DNA of 64,000 nucleotides, from assembly GCA_016206785.1 (NCBI GenBank), contig JACQQV010000046.1, positions 19,512 to 83,511 of the forward strand. The letters run 5' to 3'. Positions 8,730-17,865 of this stretch are shown in pieces (the first letter of the stretch is position 1; the number at the start of each line of letters is the position of its first letter). This stretch comes from Candidatus Omnitrophota bacterium. Lineage in GTDB: Bacteria > Omnitrophota > Gorgyraeia > JACQQV01. Position numbers and translations under genes: made by a program. Under the pieces are notes generated by a model, which had not been told where the DNA came from, made no database searches, and saw only the letters and a list, made by a program, of their open reading frames with translations.

Positions 8730-11552
8730 TTAGGCACCATGACACTTTTTATATTTTTTACCACTTCCGCAGGGACAAGGATCGTTCCTCCCCACCTTGG
8801 GTCCCTCTCGGTGGTAAGGCTCTAGACTTTCGGGAGTCGCTGCTCGGGCAGAGGCAAAAGGATCCGAAAGTGGCGGCGGAGTTCCCTCCCCTTTCGCAGA
8901 GATCCCCTCGAATCGTGTCGCCTCCGCATGAATGAACTCCTGGGGAACGGTCTCAAAGACGCTTAATACTTTCTCGAGACCGACCGCCCTGAACTTCAAG
9001 ATGTACTCGAGGGCATCTTCTTTGATCCGCCGGATCATCCCATGAAACATTTCGTAGGCTTCATGCTGATACTCCACAAGAGGATCCTGTTGACCATAAG
9101 CCCGCAGCCCAATTCCTTCCCTGAGACCATCCATCTGATAGAGATGGTCTTTCCATTTGGAATCGACCACTTGAAGAAGGATCATCCGCTCATGAGGGCG
9201 CATGAGTTCTTCTCCCAATTCTTTTTCCTTTGTCTCGTAAGCCAGTTTAAACTGCTCTAAAATTTTCTGTTTCGCCTCTCCTCGCTCTTTCTCCTCCAAT
9301 GCCTTTGAAAAAAGGCCGAGCCCCCATTTGGTACGGGCCCATTCCGCGAGTCCCTCGAGATCCCACTCTTCCGGCCGCTGCGCCTCGTTTAGGAAAATGT
9401 CCACCTGTTCCTCGATCACTTCCTCCGCCATTTCGAAGAGGTGAACTTTCAGCGTTTCTCCTTCAATAATCGCCCGTCGCTCTTCATAAATCACCTCCCG
9501 CTGCCGATTCATGACATTGTCAAATGAAAGAAGTTGCTTACGAATCTCGAAATGGTGGCCCTCTACCCGTTTCTGCGCAATCTCGATCGATTTGGAAACC
9601 ATCGCATGTTCAATGGGAGTATTCTCTTCCCATTTGAAGAAATCCATAAACTTTGCGATCCGGTCCGAGGCGAAGATCCGCATGAGGTCATCTTCCAGAG
9701 AAAGATAGAATCGTGAGGAACCGGGATCCCCCTGGCGACCTGAACGGCCTCGAAGTTGGTTGTCGATCCGGCGCGCTTCGTGACGCTCCGTTCCTAAAAT
9801 ATGAAGCCCTCCAAGGCCAACGACCTCCCGATGTTCTATCTCCACCTCACCCTTCTTCTGGATAAGGAGGGAAGACTTCCCCTCTTCACTTAATTTTTCC
9901 TCCTCTTTTTCCCGCTGTTGAATGAGATCCCGAGTCAGAAACTGAGCATTTCCACCGAGGAGAATATCTGTTCCCCGACCGGCCATGTTGGTCGCGATGG
10001 TGACCGCATGCTTCCGACCCGCTTGGGCCACAATCCGGGCTTCCATCTCGTGATACTTTGCATTTAAGACCTGATGGGGAATTCCCCTTTTCTTGAGAAG
10101 ATCGCTTAAGACCTCCGATTTATCAATCGAAATGGTTCCCACAAGAACAGGTCGCCCTTTTTTGTAAAGATCGATGATCTCCTCGATCACCGCGCGGAAT
10201 TTTTCTTTTTCTGTCTTGTAAATAACATCGGGGTGATTGGTCCGGATGAGCGAACGGTTCGGCGGGATGACCACGACATCGAGTTTGTAAATATGTTCGA
10301 ATTCAACGGCCTCGGTGGCGGCCGTCCCGGTCATGCCGGCAAGTTTTTCGTACATCCTGAAATAATTTTGGAAGGTGACCGTCGCGAGGGTCTGGTTTTC
10401 TCGTTCGATCTTTACCCCTTCTTTCGCTTCAATCGCTTGATGAAGTCCGTCTGACCACCGCCGTCCCGGCATGAGTCTGCCGGTAAACTCATCCACAATC
10501 AGGACCTCATTGTCCTTGACAACGTAATCCACGTCCCGTTTAAAGAGGGTGTGTGCCCGAAGGGCCTGATTCACATGGTGGACGAGGTCGATATGGGCAT
10601 CCTCATACAGGTTCTCTACCCCCAGAAGTCCTTCAATCTTGTGTACCCCTTCTTCCGTGAGATGCGACGTTTCATGTTCTTCATCGACCTGATACTCCGT
10701 CCCCTTATGGAGTGACGGGATGAGCCGGTCGATCTTGTAATATTTCTCCGTAGATTCCTCTGCCGGCCCTGAAATGATAAGAGGCGTTCTCGCCTCATCG
10801 ATGAGGATAGAATCGACTTCATCGACAATCGCATAATGCAAAATACGCTGGACCCTTTCCGATTTGTCATGGACCATGTTGTCCCTTAAATAATCAAATC
10901 CAAACTCGTTGTTGGTCCCATACGTCACATCACACCCATAGGAGGTCTGCCGCTCTTGGGACGACATGTCATGTTGAATCACCCCGACGGTGAGTCCCAA
11001 AAATTCATAGATCGGGCCCATCCATTCCCTATCTCGCCGTGCCAAGTAATCGTTGACCGTAATCACATGGACCCCTTTTCCCAAAAGGGCGTTCAGATAC
11101 ACCGGAAGTGTCGCTACAAGTGTCTTCCCTTCTCCCGTCGCCATCTCGGCGATCTTTCCTTGATGAAGCACGATCCCCCCGATGAGCTGGACATCAAAGT
11201 GACGCATCTGAATCGTCCGCTTCCCCGCCTCCCGGACTACCGCAAAAGCCTCGGGAAGGATCTCCTCAAAGATTTCGTTCCTCTTCCTTTTAATTTTCTG
11301 CTTGATCCTCACCCTTTCCTCCGGGGAACTGCTTAAGACAAACGCCCCGTTGAGCTCGTCGATGTCCGGTGCGATATCCTTCTCTTTCTGCTGCAGGATC
11401 GTTTTAAACATTTCTGTCTTAACGCGCAACTCGGTATCGGAAAGAGAAGCGACCTCTTTTTCAAGGGCGTTGATTCTTTGAATGATGGGAGCGACTCTTC
11501 TCAGTTCCCGCTCGTTCTGCGTTCCAATAAACTTTAGTAACTGGTTAAGCAA
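8730..11552 (-). CDS. secA: preprotein translocase ATPase SecA
   Basis: 940 aa. The N-terminus [19 protein letters not shown] aligns with E. coli [20 protein letters not shown]. A DEAD-like motor is present. The C-terminal zinc-binding tail is [14 protein letters not shown]. The start is TTG preceded by GAGGA. Confidence 0.95.
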   Translation of the reverse strand: MLNQLLKFIGTQNERELRRVAPIIQRINALEKEVASLSDTELRVKTEMFKTILQQKEKDIAPDIDELNGAFVLSSSPEERVRIKQKIKRKRNEIFEEILPEAFAVVREAGKRTIQMRHFDVQLIGGIVLHQGKIAEMATGEGKTLVATLPVYLNALLGKGVHVITVNDYLARRDREWMGPIYEFLGLTVGVIQHDMSSQERQTSYGCDVTYGTNNEFGFDYLRDNMVHDKSERVQRILHYAIVDEVDSILIDEARTPLIISGPAEESTEKYYKIDRLIPSLHKGTEYQVDEEHETSHLTEEGVHKIEGLLGVENLYEDAHIDLVHHVNQALRAHTLFKRDVDYVVKDNEVLIVDEFTGRLMPGRRWSDGLHQAIEAKEGVKIERENQTLATVTFQNYFRMYEKLAGMTGTAATEAVEFEHIYKLDVVVIPPNRSLIRTNHPDVIYKTEKEKFRAVIEEIIDLYKKGRPVLVGTISIDKSEVLSDLLKKRGIPHQVLNAKYHEMEARIVAQAGRKHAVTIATNMAGRGTDILLGGNAQFLTRDLIQQREKEEEKLSEEGKSSLLIQKKGEVEIEHREVVGLGGLHILGTERHEARRIDNQLRGRSGRQGDPGSSRFYLSLEDDLMRIFASDRIAKFMDFFKWEENTPIEHAMVSKSIEIAQKRVEGHHFEIRKQLLSFDNVMNRQREVIYEERRAIIEGETLKVHLFEMAEEVIEEQVDIFLNEAQRPEEWDLEGLAEWARTKWGLGLFSKALEEKERGEAKQKILEQFKLAYETKEKELGEELMRPHERMILLQVVDSKWKDHLYQMDGLREGIGLRAYGQQDPLVEYQHEAYEMFHGMIRRIKEDALEYILKFRAVGLEKVLSVFETVPQEFIHAEATRFEGISAKGEGTPPPLSDPFASARAATPESLEPYHREGPKVGRNDPCPCGSGKKYKKCHGA

Positions 11553-11635
11553 GTTGTCCTCAGCTGCGTATCTCGTGAAGCGTATCTCGTATTTCGCTTC
11601 ACGAACGACGCTTCACGCTTCACGTCCTTTGCGTT
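11553..11635 (-). promoter_or_regulatory. secA 5' leader / M48 3' region. It carries three direct GTGAAGCG repeats and one inverted copy, able to form alternative hairpins.
   Basis: Minus-strand RNA: GUGAAGCGUGAAGCGUCGUUCGUGAAGCGAAAUACGAGAUACGCUUCACGAGAUACGCAGCUGAGGACAACUUG. Confidence 0.4.
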
Positions 11636-12412
11636 TCACTCGAGATTCCCTTCCTCTCGGTTGATGTAGTCTTCAAACCGCATCTTCCCCTCGATCTCCT
11701 CGTGGACGACCCGAACACGGTCTGACACAAACGGATGGGTCCTTAAGTAAGTTCCCGGGGCGAGTTTATCCCGATGGATCTCTTTAAGTTTCTTAAGAAA
11801 ACGGGACATGCCATACGGATCGTAACCGGCGCGCCGCATCGTCTTGACCGCCAAACGGTCCGCCTGCAGTTCATCCCCTCGTGAATAGGCGAGGAAAATC
11901 TGCGTGAAGGCGATTTGGGCCCCCCGGATCGCCTGACGGTTTGTTCCTGTTCCCACGGCGAGCGCCTGGAGAAGGCCATATCCCATGGAAGCCTGAAGCC
12001 GTTTCATCGCATGGCGTGCCGCAATGTGACCGATTTCATGAGCGAGTACACCCGCCAACTCATCGTCGCTTTTGATCTTCTCAAGAAGACCCCGATTCAC
12101 GTAGACGTAGCCGCCGGGAAGAGAGATGGCATTCACCTCTTTAAGATCGAGGACTTTGAAATAATAGAGGAGTTCTTTACGGTCGCCGTGCGCGGCCAAT
12201 TTCTGTCCGATGGTGTTGACACGGTCTTGAGCGGTTTGATCCTCCAGCACTTTGAGGCGCTTCTCCAGTTGCCTCGAAATCTTTCGACCCATTTCCACCT
12301 CTTTGTCGGTCGAGTAAAGGACCCACTCTTCACGTTGGGTGGCGAGATTATAGTAAGAAGTGCTACACCCGGCCTGAAGCAAAAGGGCAACACACACAAC
12401 AAAAATGATCAC
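11636..12412 (-). CDS. M48-family zinc metalloprotease lipoprotein (BepA/YcaL-like)
   Basis: 258 aa. A lipobox LLQAGCS and the HEXXH motif LAHEIGHIAARH are present. Confidence 0.8.
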   Translation of the reverse strand: MIIFVVCVALLLQAGCSTSYYNLATQREEWVLYSTDKEVEMGRKISRQLEKRLKVLEDQTAQDRVNTIGQKLAAHGDRKELLYYFKVLDLKEVNAISLPGGYVYVNRGLLEKIKSDDELAGVLAHEIGHIAARHAMKRLQASMGYGLLQALAVGTGTNRQAIRGAQIAFTQIFLAYSRGDELQADRLAVKTMRRAGYDPYGMSRFLKKLKEIHRDKLAPGTYLRTHPFVSDRVRVVHEEIEGKMRFEDYINREEGNLE

Positions 12413-12484
12413 GGTGCTTCTTCCGAAGGGATGACGGGCCTTGGTTCATACTCTTTGAGGAAGGCGCCACAACCGCTGAGAATG

Positions 12485-12556
12485 AAGGACACAACAAGCA
12501 ACAAGTAACAAGCAACAAGATTGGCCTTTCGTCGCTTGTCTCTTGTCTCTTTCATA
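12485..12556. repeat. Family B imperfect palindromic element (copy 1): ACAAG(C)AACAAG repeats facing CTTGTCTCTTGTC
   Basis: GACACAACAAGCAACAAGTAACAAGCAACAAGATTGGCCTTTCGTCGCTTGTCTCTTGTCTC. Related copies lie at 27985..28052 and 55575..55680. Confidence 0.55.
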
Positions 12557-12559
12557 CTC

Positions 12560-13048
12560 TTAGTCCGTAATCAGGTTATAGGCCTCTCGGGCACATTCCA
12601 GAGGATCGGTCAGGATCTGCTCCCGGGTGAAGCGCAAGACATGGTAGCCATCCTCCTTGAGCGCCTTATCCTTCACTTCATCCATCATCTTCTCTTCGTC
12701 GCCCTTTTGAGAGGCGGGCGCATCATCGCACTCGATGACAATACGGACATCTTCTTTCTTGGTCTTGTAAATCACAAGGAAATCGACTTCAAACTCCCCG
12801 ATCTTCACGGCATGACCGATCGCGAGGCGGAGCATCACCTTCTCCACCACCTGGCCTTCTTTCGTCGTCTTGTAGATGAAATAGTCATTCATCAGGTCCC
12901 AGTAAAGGTGACAGAGCGCAATATACATGAATTGCTCCGTCGGATTCTGGATATCCCATTCATCCAAAAGGGCATATATTTTTGTTTCAAACGAGATCGC
13001 TTGACGTTTGCTGACCGCCTCCAAAAAGTATTTCACATTGGCAAGCAT
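12560..13048 (-). CDS. DUF559 / Vsr-like endonuclease-domain protein
   Basis: 162 aa. The C-terminal motifs VRIVIECDD and GYHVLRFTREQI are typical of the DUF559 (Mrr/Vsr-fold) family. Confidence 0.55.
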   Translation of the reverse strand: MLANVKYFLEAVSKRQAISFETKIYALLDEWDIQNPTEQFMYIALCHLYWDLMNDYFIYKTTKEGQVVEKVMLRLAIGHAVKIGEFEVDFLVIYKTKKEDVRIVIECDDAPASQKGDEEKMMDEVKDKALKEDGYHVLRFTREQILTDPLECAREAYNLITD

Positions 13049-13054
13049 CGTTTT

Positions 13055-13651
13055 CTATTCTTTCCTTTCTTCCCAGAGGCCCCTCTTCTCTTTTTGCGCC
13101 TTCAGGGCAAGGGTCTTAAACCGATCCGCATAGCGGACATTCGGCGGAACCAATAAGGGTCGCGCAAGACCTTTTTGAAGGAGAAGCGCATTTACGAAAA
13201 TCTCGTGGCTCTCCAGCATCACCTCTCCATCATAAGAAGCATTTCCGAGAAACGCGATCGGGACATACACATAGGCGAGGAGCCTCCCATAGGGATCCCG
13301 CCTCTCCCGGTCAAATTCAAGACGGACCTTCTTGCCTTCCACGAGGGCCTGATTTTCCTGAGTGGCTTCCGTCGCATACGGCTCAGGGTCATAGAACCAC
13401 GCCTCCCCCACGCGCTTACGCTCCTCTGGGGCATCGATACCAATGTAACGAACCTTCTCCCCATTTTCAAGTTCAATCGTATCCCCATCGACCACGTGGC
13501 GGACCCGAAAAGAATTCTTTTCCCCCAGAGGAATGGAGACTTTGACCCCCGCCCCCTCCCCTGTTCCATAATACAGTTTTCCACCCGCATGGCTTAGGGG
13601 CGTTGAAATAAGGAATAGGATAAGAAAGAGGGCGTCATAGTTTCCCTTCAT
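13055..13651 (-). CDS. secreted thermonuclease (staphylococcal-nuclease-like)
   Basis: The SNase motif VRHVVDGDTIELENGEKVRYIGIDAPE is present. The N-terminus MKGNYDALFLILFLISTPLSHA is a signal peptide. The start was trimmed from the longer track ORF. Confidence 0.75.
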   Translation of the reverse strand: MKGNYDALFLILFLISTPLSHAGGKLYYGTGEGAGVKVSIPLGEKNSFRVRHVVDGDTIELENGEKVRYIGIDAPEERKRVGEAWFYDPEPYATEATQENQALVEGKKVRLEFDRERRDPYGRLLAYVYVPIAFLGNASYDGEVMLESHEIFVNALLLQKGLARPLLVPPNVRYADRFKTLALKAQKEKRGLWEERKE

Positions 13652-14758
13652 GAACGTTTCTCCGACCGAGCCTGCCATTCGAGAAATGCCTGGAGAAAAA
13701 GATCGATGTTTCCGTCCATGACGGAGGTTGCGTTGGAGGTTTCTGTTTCTGTCCGATGATCCTTGACCAAAGAATAGGGATGGAAAACGTAGGAGCGGAT
13801 CTGGCTTCCCCAGGCGATCTCCCGTTTTTCCCCGTAGGCTTTCTGCAGTGCCTCCTGCCTCTCCCGTTGACCGCGTTCGTAGAGGCGTGCCCGGAGCACC
13901 TTCATCGCTGTCACCTTGTTCTTATGTTGAGACCGTTCATTCTGACATTGCACGACGACCCCTGTAGGAAGGTGGGTCATCCGGACGGCGGAATCGGTCA
14001 CATTCACATGCTGACCTCCTTTGCCACTGGAGCGGTAGGTATCAATCCGGAGGTCTGATTCTTTAATATCGATCTGGATATCATCTGAAACTTGCGGAAT
14101 GACATCTACGGAAGCGAAGGAGGTGTGACGACGTTTGTTGGCATCAAAAGGAGAAATACGGACAAGGCGGTGGACTCCCACTTCCGCCTTTAAAAAGCCA
14201 TAGGAAAATTCGCCCTTGATAAGAATCGTAACGTTTTTAAGACCCGCTTCTTCGCCAGGGAGAAAATCGAGCGTCTCGACCTTATACCTCTTCCCTTCCG
14301 CCCACCGTTCGTACATCCTGAGAAGCATTGCTGTCCAATCGCACGATTCAGTCCCACCCGCACCCGCATTGATGCTCAAGATGGCGTCTCGGAAATCGTC
14401 CTTTCCTCCAAGAAGTCTTCTTGTCTCGAGGACGCGAATTCTCTCTTCAAGAAGTTGCAACTCTTTTTCACATTCTTGAAGATCTGAAACATTTTCCTCA
14501 CTGGCCACCGCCAAAAGGTCGCGAAGGTCCTTCGCCCCCTTCTGGCATTCCAGCCACGGTTCGATCCCCCCTTTCAGTTTCTTGAGTGCCTGGATGGTTT
14601 CGTTGGCTTTCTTGGCGTCGTTCCAGAAAAGGGAACTTGCCATGTCCGTCTCAAGAGAAGCGATTTTCTTTAGGGCCGTCTCGACGTCAAAGATACCCTC
14701 GCACTTTCTCAAGGGTTTCTGTGAGGACTGCGAGTCTCGCCTTGATATCCACAAGCAT
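13648..14758 (-). CDS. prfB: peptide chain release factor 2, with +1 programmed frameshift (segments 14758..14690 and 14688..13648)
   Basis: Frame 0 from the ATG at 14758 reads MLVDIKARLAVLTETLEKVRGYL and hits an in-frame TGA. The site CGAGGGTATCTTTGAC closely matches the E. coli RF2 shift site AGGGGGTATCTTTGAC. The +1 frame continues DVETALKK...SPFDANKRRHTSF...GGQHVN. Confidence 0.9.
14686..14692 (-). other. RF2 +1 frameshift site CTT TGA C with an upstream SD-like GAGGG
   Basis: Read directly from the minus strand; see the prfB entry. Confidence 0.85.
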
Positions 14759-14811
14759 CTGTTTAACCTCTTTTAAACATTTCTATTCTACTTCAGACGC
14801 CCCCTCCAGGC

Positions 14812-14850
14812 AAATAAAAAGACCTTCTCAGGGAGAGAAGGTCTTTTTAT
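14812..14850 (-). terminator. rho-independent terminator, bidirectional in form
   Basis: AAGACCTTCTC-aggga-GAGAAGGTCTT with an A-run upstream and TTTTTAT downstream. It lies after the small repeat-protein gene and before the prfB promoter region. Confidence 0.7.
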
Positions 14851-14862
14851 TGAAAAGGAAAA

Positions 14863-15264
14863 TTACTTAACGTTTTGTGCTGAGGAGGCGGTTTGGAAAG
14901 GAGAACTGTCCGTATGTCTACGGCGAGGAGCGTTGAACCATGTCTTTTCCCAAGCCACACACCGTTTCTTGAAATTGGCCTGTCTTGAGGCGGTGGTAGA
15001 GGTATCCGTATGTCTACGGCGAGGAGCGTTTAACCAGGTATCTTCCCACCTCGAGGTCCGTTCTTGGAATTCGGCCTGCCTTTGTGCGGTCGTGGAACTA
15101 TCCGTGTGTCTGCGGTGAGGAGGATTGAGCCATGTCTTTTCCCACCTCAAGGCCCGTTGTCTACGAGACGACGACTTCTCCTCTGCCTGCGCCAGATTCA
15201 GAGAACCGATCACCACTTCCAAAAGAAGTACGATGCAGAGCGTTTTAAAAAGTCCCTTTTTCAT
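14863..15264 (-). CDS. small secreted protein with three tandem ~35-aa repeats (W-E-x-T-W-x-N-x-P-x-R-R-H-T-D)
   Basis: The signal peptide is MKKGLFKTLCIVLLLEVVIGSLNLAQA. An AAGGAGGG RBS, its own TGGTATAAT promoter (15294..15302) and its own terminator are present. Three ~105-bp tandem DNA repeats span 14905..15210. Confidence 0.6.
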   Translation of the reverse strand: MKKGLFKTLCIVLLLEVVIGSLNLAQAEEKSSSRRQRALRWEKTWLNPPHRRHTDSSTTAQRQAEFQERTSRWEDTWLNAPRRRHTDTSTTASRQANFKKRCVAWEKTWFNAPRRRHTDSSPFQTASSAQNVK

Positions 15265-15312
15265 CTTGCCCTCCTTCTAAGTCGAATTTGAAAGATTATA
15301 CCATAAAAAGAG

Positions 15313-16308
15313 TTAAAAGTAAAGTCGCTTATAAGAGCGCTCCTCCCAAAAACGTTTTTGGGTCTCGGAGAATGAATCACTTTCCAGATCCACCCCTCCC
15401 AAATCGCACAAGAGGCATTTAACCGACCCGCCCCCTTTACTGGAAAATTCCGACACATCCACGACTACAGGCTTCACCCCTTTGGATGCAATGCGCTGTA
15501 GCAGGCCTTTAGAAACAGCTGCAGGTAAGAAAAAATAAGGAGTTGCCTTAAGGAGGACCTGAAAACCGTTTGCGGCAAACGATCGTGCATCCTCTTCTCC
15601 AAGGGGAATGAGCCGATTTTTAAAAAGGGCGAGGAGTTCTTTTTGAGAAGAACGCTCAAGGGCTGGAAGATAGGCCAAAAGGTGCTCTTTCTGAGGACCC
15701 AACGGAGAAAGGGCCGTATCCCCATGATAAAACGCTTCGTCCACGAGTGCGAGAGACAAAATAGAGTGATTTTCCACAATCCTCTTCAAGAACTCAAGAT
15801 TCCGGACATCGCTTCGAAATCCATAAAGACGCCTGTAGGGAGGAAACCCAAACCGCGGGACAAACCGTTGTTTCACAATTTTGCCGGATGTGAAAAGAAA
15901 CGCAGAAGATGTCTCGATAAAGTCGGCCTCTCCTTCAAAAGGAAAAGGAATTTCTCCGATTCTAAAACCGAGTCGGCTCAAGAACGCTTCGTAGAGAGGC
16001 CGCTCCCCTTTTCTTCCAGGGGTGAGGTTACTTAAGTAAAAGCGCCCCCTGAGCCCTGTGTTTTTCGGATAAAGAAATCCGGCATTTGCGGGAAAAACAG
16101 AACCGGGGTTTTCTATGGAAGGAGGAAGGACAACGACGTGGACGCCGAGATCGGTCAAGGTCTTCGCAAAGGTGTGCCACTGTTCTTTGGCCCTCTTCAG
16201 ATCGACCTTTTTGCGAAGGCCCCAGATATTCCGTGTGTGGGGATTGCTTCCCGAACGGATATGAAAATGTTCAGGATCCCCCATGAGAACGGCAGGCACA
16301 AGGGCCAT
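15313..16308 (-). CDS. amidinotransferase-superfamily protein, AstB-like (candidate N-succinylarginine dihydrolase, short form)
   Basis: The C-terminal motif VDVSEFSSKGGGSVKCLLCDL matches the AstB active-site region [23 protein letters not shown]. It sits next to astD and astA. At 331 aa it is shorter than E. coli AstB (447 aa). Confidence 0.5.
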   Translation of the reverse strand: MALVPAVLMGDPEHFHIRSGSNPHTRNIWGLRKKVDLKRAKEQWHTFAKTLTDLGVHVVVLPPSIENPGSVFPANAGFLYPKNTGLRGRFYLSNLTPGRKGERPLYEAFLSRLGFRIGEIPFPFEGEADFIETSSAFLFTSGKIVKQRFVPRFGFPPYRRLYGFRSDVRNLEFLKRIVENHSILSLALVDEAFYHGDTALSPLGPQKEHLLAYLPALERSSQKELLALFKNRLIPLGEEDARSFAANGFQVLLKATPYFFLPAAVSKGLLQRIASKGVKPVVVDVSEFSSKGGGSVKCLLCDLGGVDLESDSFSETQKRFWEERSYKRLYF

Positions 16309-16332
16309 CCCCCCTCCTCTTTCAAAGCCAAA

Positions 16333-16393
16333 GCGGGACTAAGTCCCAATGACGGTTAGACCTATCCCCGATGAAGGCGGGACTTAGTCCCTC
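16333..16393. repeat. Family C element (copy 1): two GCGGGACT(A/T)AGTCCC 13-15-mer palindromes 31 nt apart
   Basis: GCGGGACTAAGTCCC at 16333..16347 and GCGGGACTTAGTCCC at 16377..16391. The astD stop TAA is the TTA inside the second palindrome. Confidence 0.6.
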
Positions 16394-17853
16394 CTCCCGA
16401 ACGGTTTTTCAAGGACAGCGACAGGATAGGTACAGAGATGCGGCACAAAGGCACCGACCGGGTGATGGTTGCCGCTCCGTTTCACCCCCCCGAAAGGAAG
16501 ACGGGCGCTACTATAGATCGTCGCCTGATTCCAATTGAGAAGACCGACCTCCAACTCACGGAAGATCTTTTCGTATTCTTCTTTCCTCTTCGAGAAGAAA
16601 CTGGCGATAAGACCGTAGCGGGAGGCGTTGTGGATGCGAACCGCCTCCTCCAAAGCATCCACAATGTAGATCGCCACATTCGGTCCGAAAATCTCTTCCT
16701 CTGTATAGGGACCTCGAGGGGTCTCTCCTTTCTTCACCTCCCTTAAACAGACAGAAGGTTGAACATAATAGCCTCGTCTCTCTTTCTCAAGAGGGATTCC
16801 CTTTTGAAGTACCTCGAAATTTTCCTTGGGGGCCAAGGCGGTGTGATAGAGGTACTTCTCAACCGCATCTTGACTGACTAAAGGACCCATGAAATTCTTC
16901 TCATCGAGTCCGTATCCGACCGTGACACTCTTTGCCTTATCCATAAAAGACTTAAGAAACGGCTTTGCGATTTTCTTTTCAAGAATGATCCGGCTTGTGG
17001 CATTGCACCGCTGCCCTGAAATCGAAAAGGAACCGAGCAAACAGTTCTCGACGGCGTTTTGAAGGCCGGCATGCCGTGAAACGATCGCCGCATTCTTCCC
17101 CCCCATCTCCAAGGCTACAAGTTTATCCACCTGATGCACTGTCTCTTCCCGAATCTTCTGTCCGGTGGCATAGGAACCGGTAAAAATAATGCCATGAATT
17201 TTCTCGTGGGCTACAACGGTCTTCCCGACACGCCCATCCCCCTGAACTAGATTAAAGATTCCTCTCGGGAGGCCAGTCTCATGCCACAACTCGGCAAGCA
17301 ACTGTCCCACAAAAGGAGTGAATTCCGACGGTTTAAAGATAACGCTGTTTCCCAAAAGGATGGCGGGGAGGATTTGACTATTCGGAATATGTCCCGGGAA
17401 ATTGAAAGGACCAATAATCGCTAAGATCCCTCTCGGTTTGTATCGTAAAACGCCTCTGACTCCTCTTTTGAGGGGATACGATTTTCCTTCGGAAAGACGT
17501 CCTGCTTCTTTACTCGCTAAAGGAACCCGTTCGATCATCCGATCGACTTCCTGCAACGCATCCCGTATCGGCTTCCCCATTTCACGGGTGATGAGTTGCG
17601 CCAGTTCTTCGCGCCGCCGCCTCAAGGCTTTGTGAAATTGGAGAATGGCTCTCCGACGAACCGTAAACGGTTTTTCTCTCCAGACCGAAAACCCTGCTTG
17701 GGCCGCCGCGACCGCTCGCTCTACCTCCTCCTCTGAAAACGCAAATGTCCCGACCGGATGGTCCAGGTCTCCAGGGTCCTCACTGAGAAGCGTCTGGACA
17801 TTTCCTTGCGGCTTTTGAAAATGACCCCCAATATAATTTCCTTTAAAAATCAT
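16384..17853 (-). CDS. astD: succinylglutamate-semialdehyde dehydrogenase (AstD-type aldehyde dehydrogenase)
   Basis: GPFNFPGHIPNSQILPAILLGNSVIFKPSEFTP closely matches E. coli AstD [33 protein letters not shown]. The C-terminus PFGGVKRSGNHHP matches PFGGIGASGNHRP. Confidence 0.8.
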   Translation of the reverse strand: MIFKGNYIGGHFQKPQGNVQTLLSEDPGDLDHPVGTFAFSEEEVERAVAAAQAGFSVWREKPFTVRRRAILQFHKALRRRREELAQLITREMGKPIRDALQEVDRMIERVPLASKEAGRLSEGKSYPLKRGVRGVLRYKPRGILAIIGPFNFPGHIPNSQILPAILLGNSVIFKPSEFTPFVGQLLAELWHETGLPRGIFNLVQGDGRVGKTVVAHEKIHGIIFTGSYATGQKIREETVHQVDKLVALEMGGKNAAIVSRHAGLQNAVENCLLGSFSISGQRCNATSRIILEKKIAKPFLKSFMDKAKSVTVGYGLDEKNFMGPLVSQDAVEKYLYHTALAPKENFEVLQKGIPLEKERRGYYVQPSVCLREVKKGETPRGPYTEEEIFGPNVAIYIVDALEEAVRIHNASRYGLIASFFSKRKEEYEKIFRELEVGLLNWNQATIYSSARLPFGGVKRSGNHHPVGAFVPHLCTYPVAVLEKPFGRRD

Positions 17854-17865
17854 CTTTTCCTCTCC

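Noticed and set aside
14905-15210. CRISPR array.
   Set aside because: The only regularly spaced repeats are three 105-bp coding tandem repeats with no unique spacers. No cas genes are present, and no CRISPR was found elsewhere in the window.
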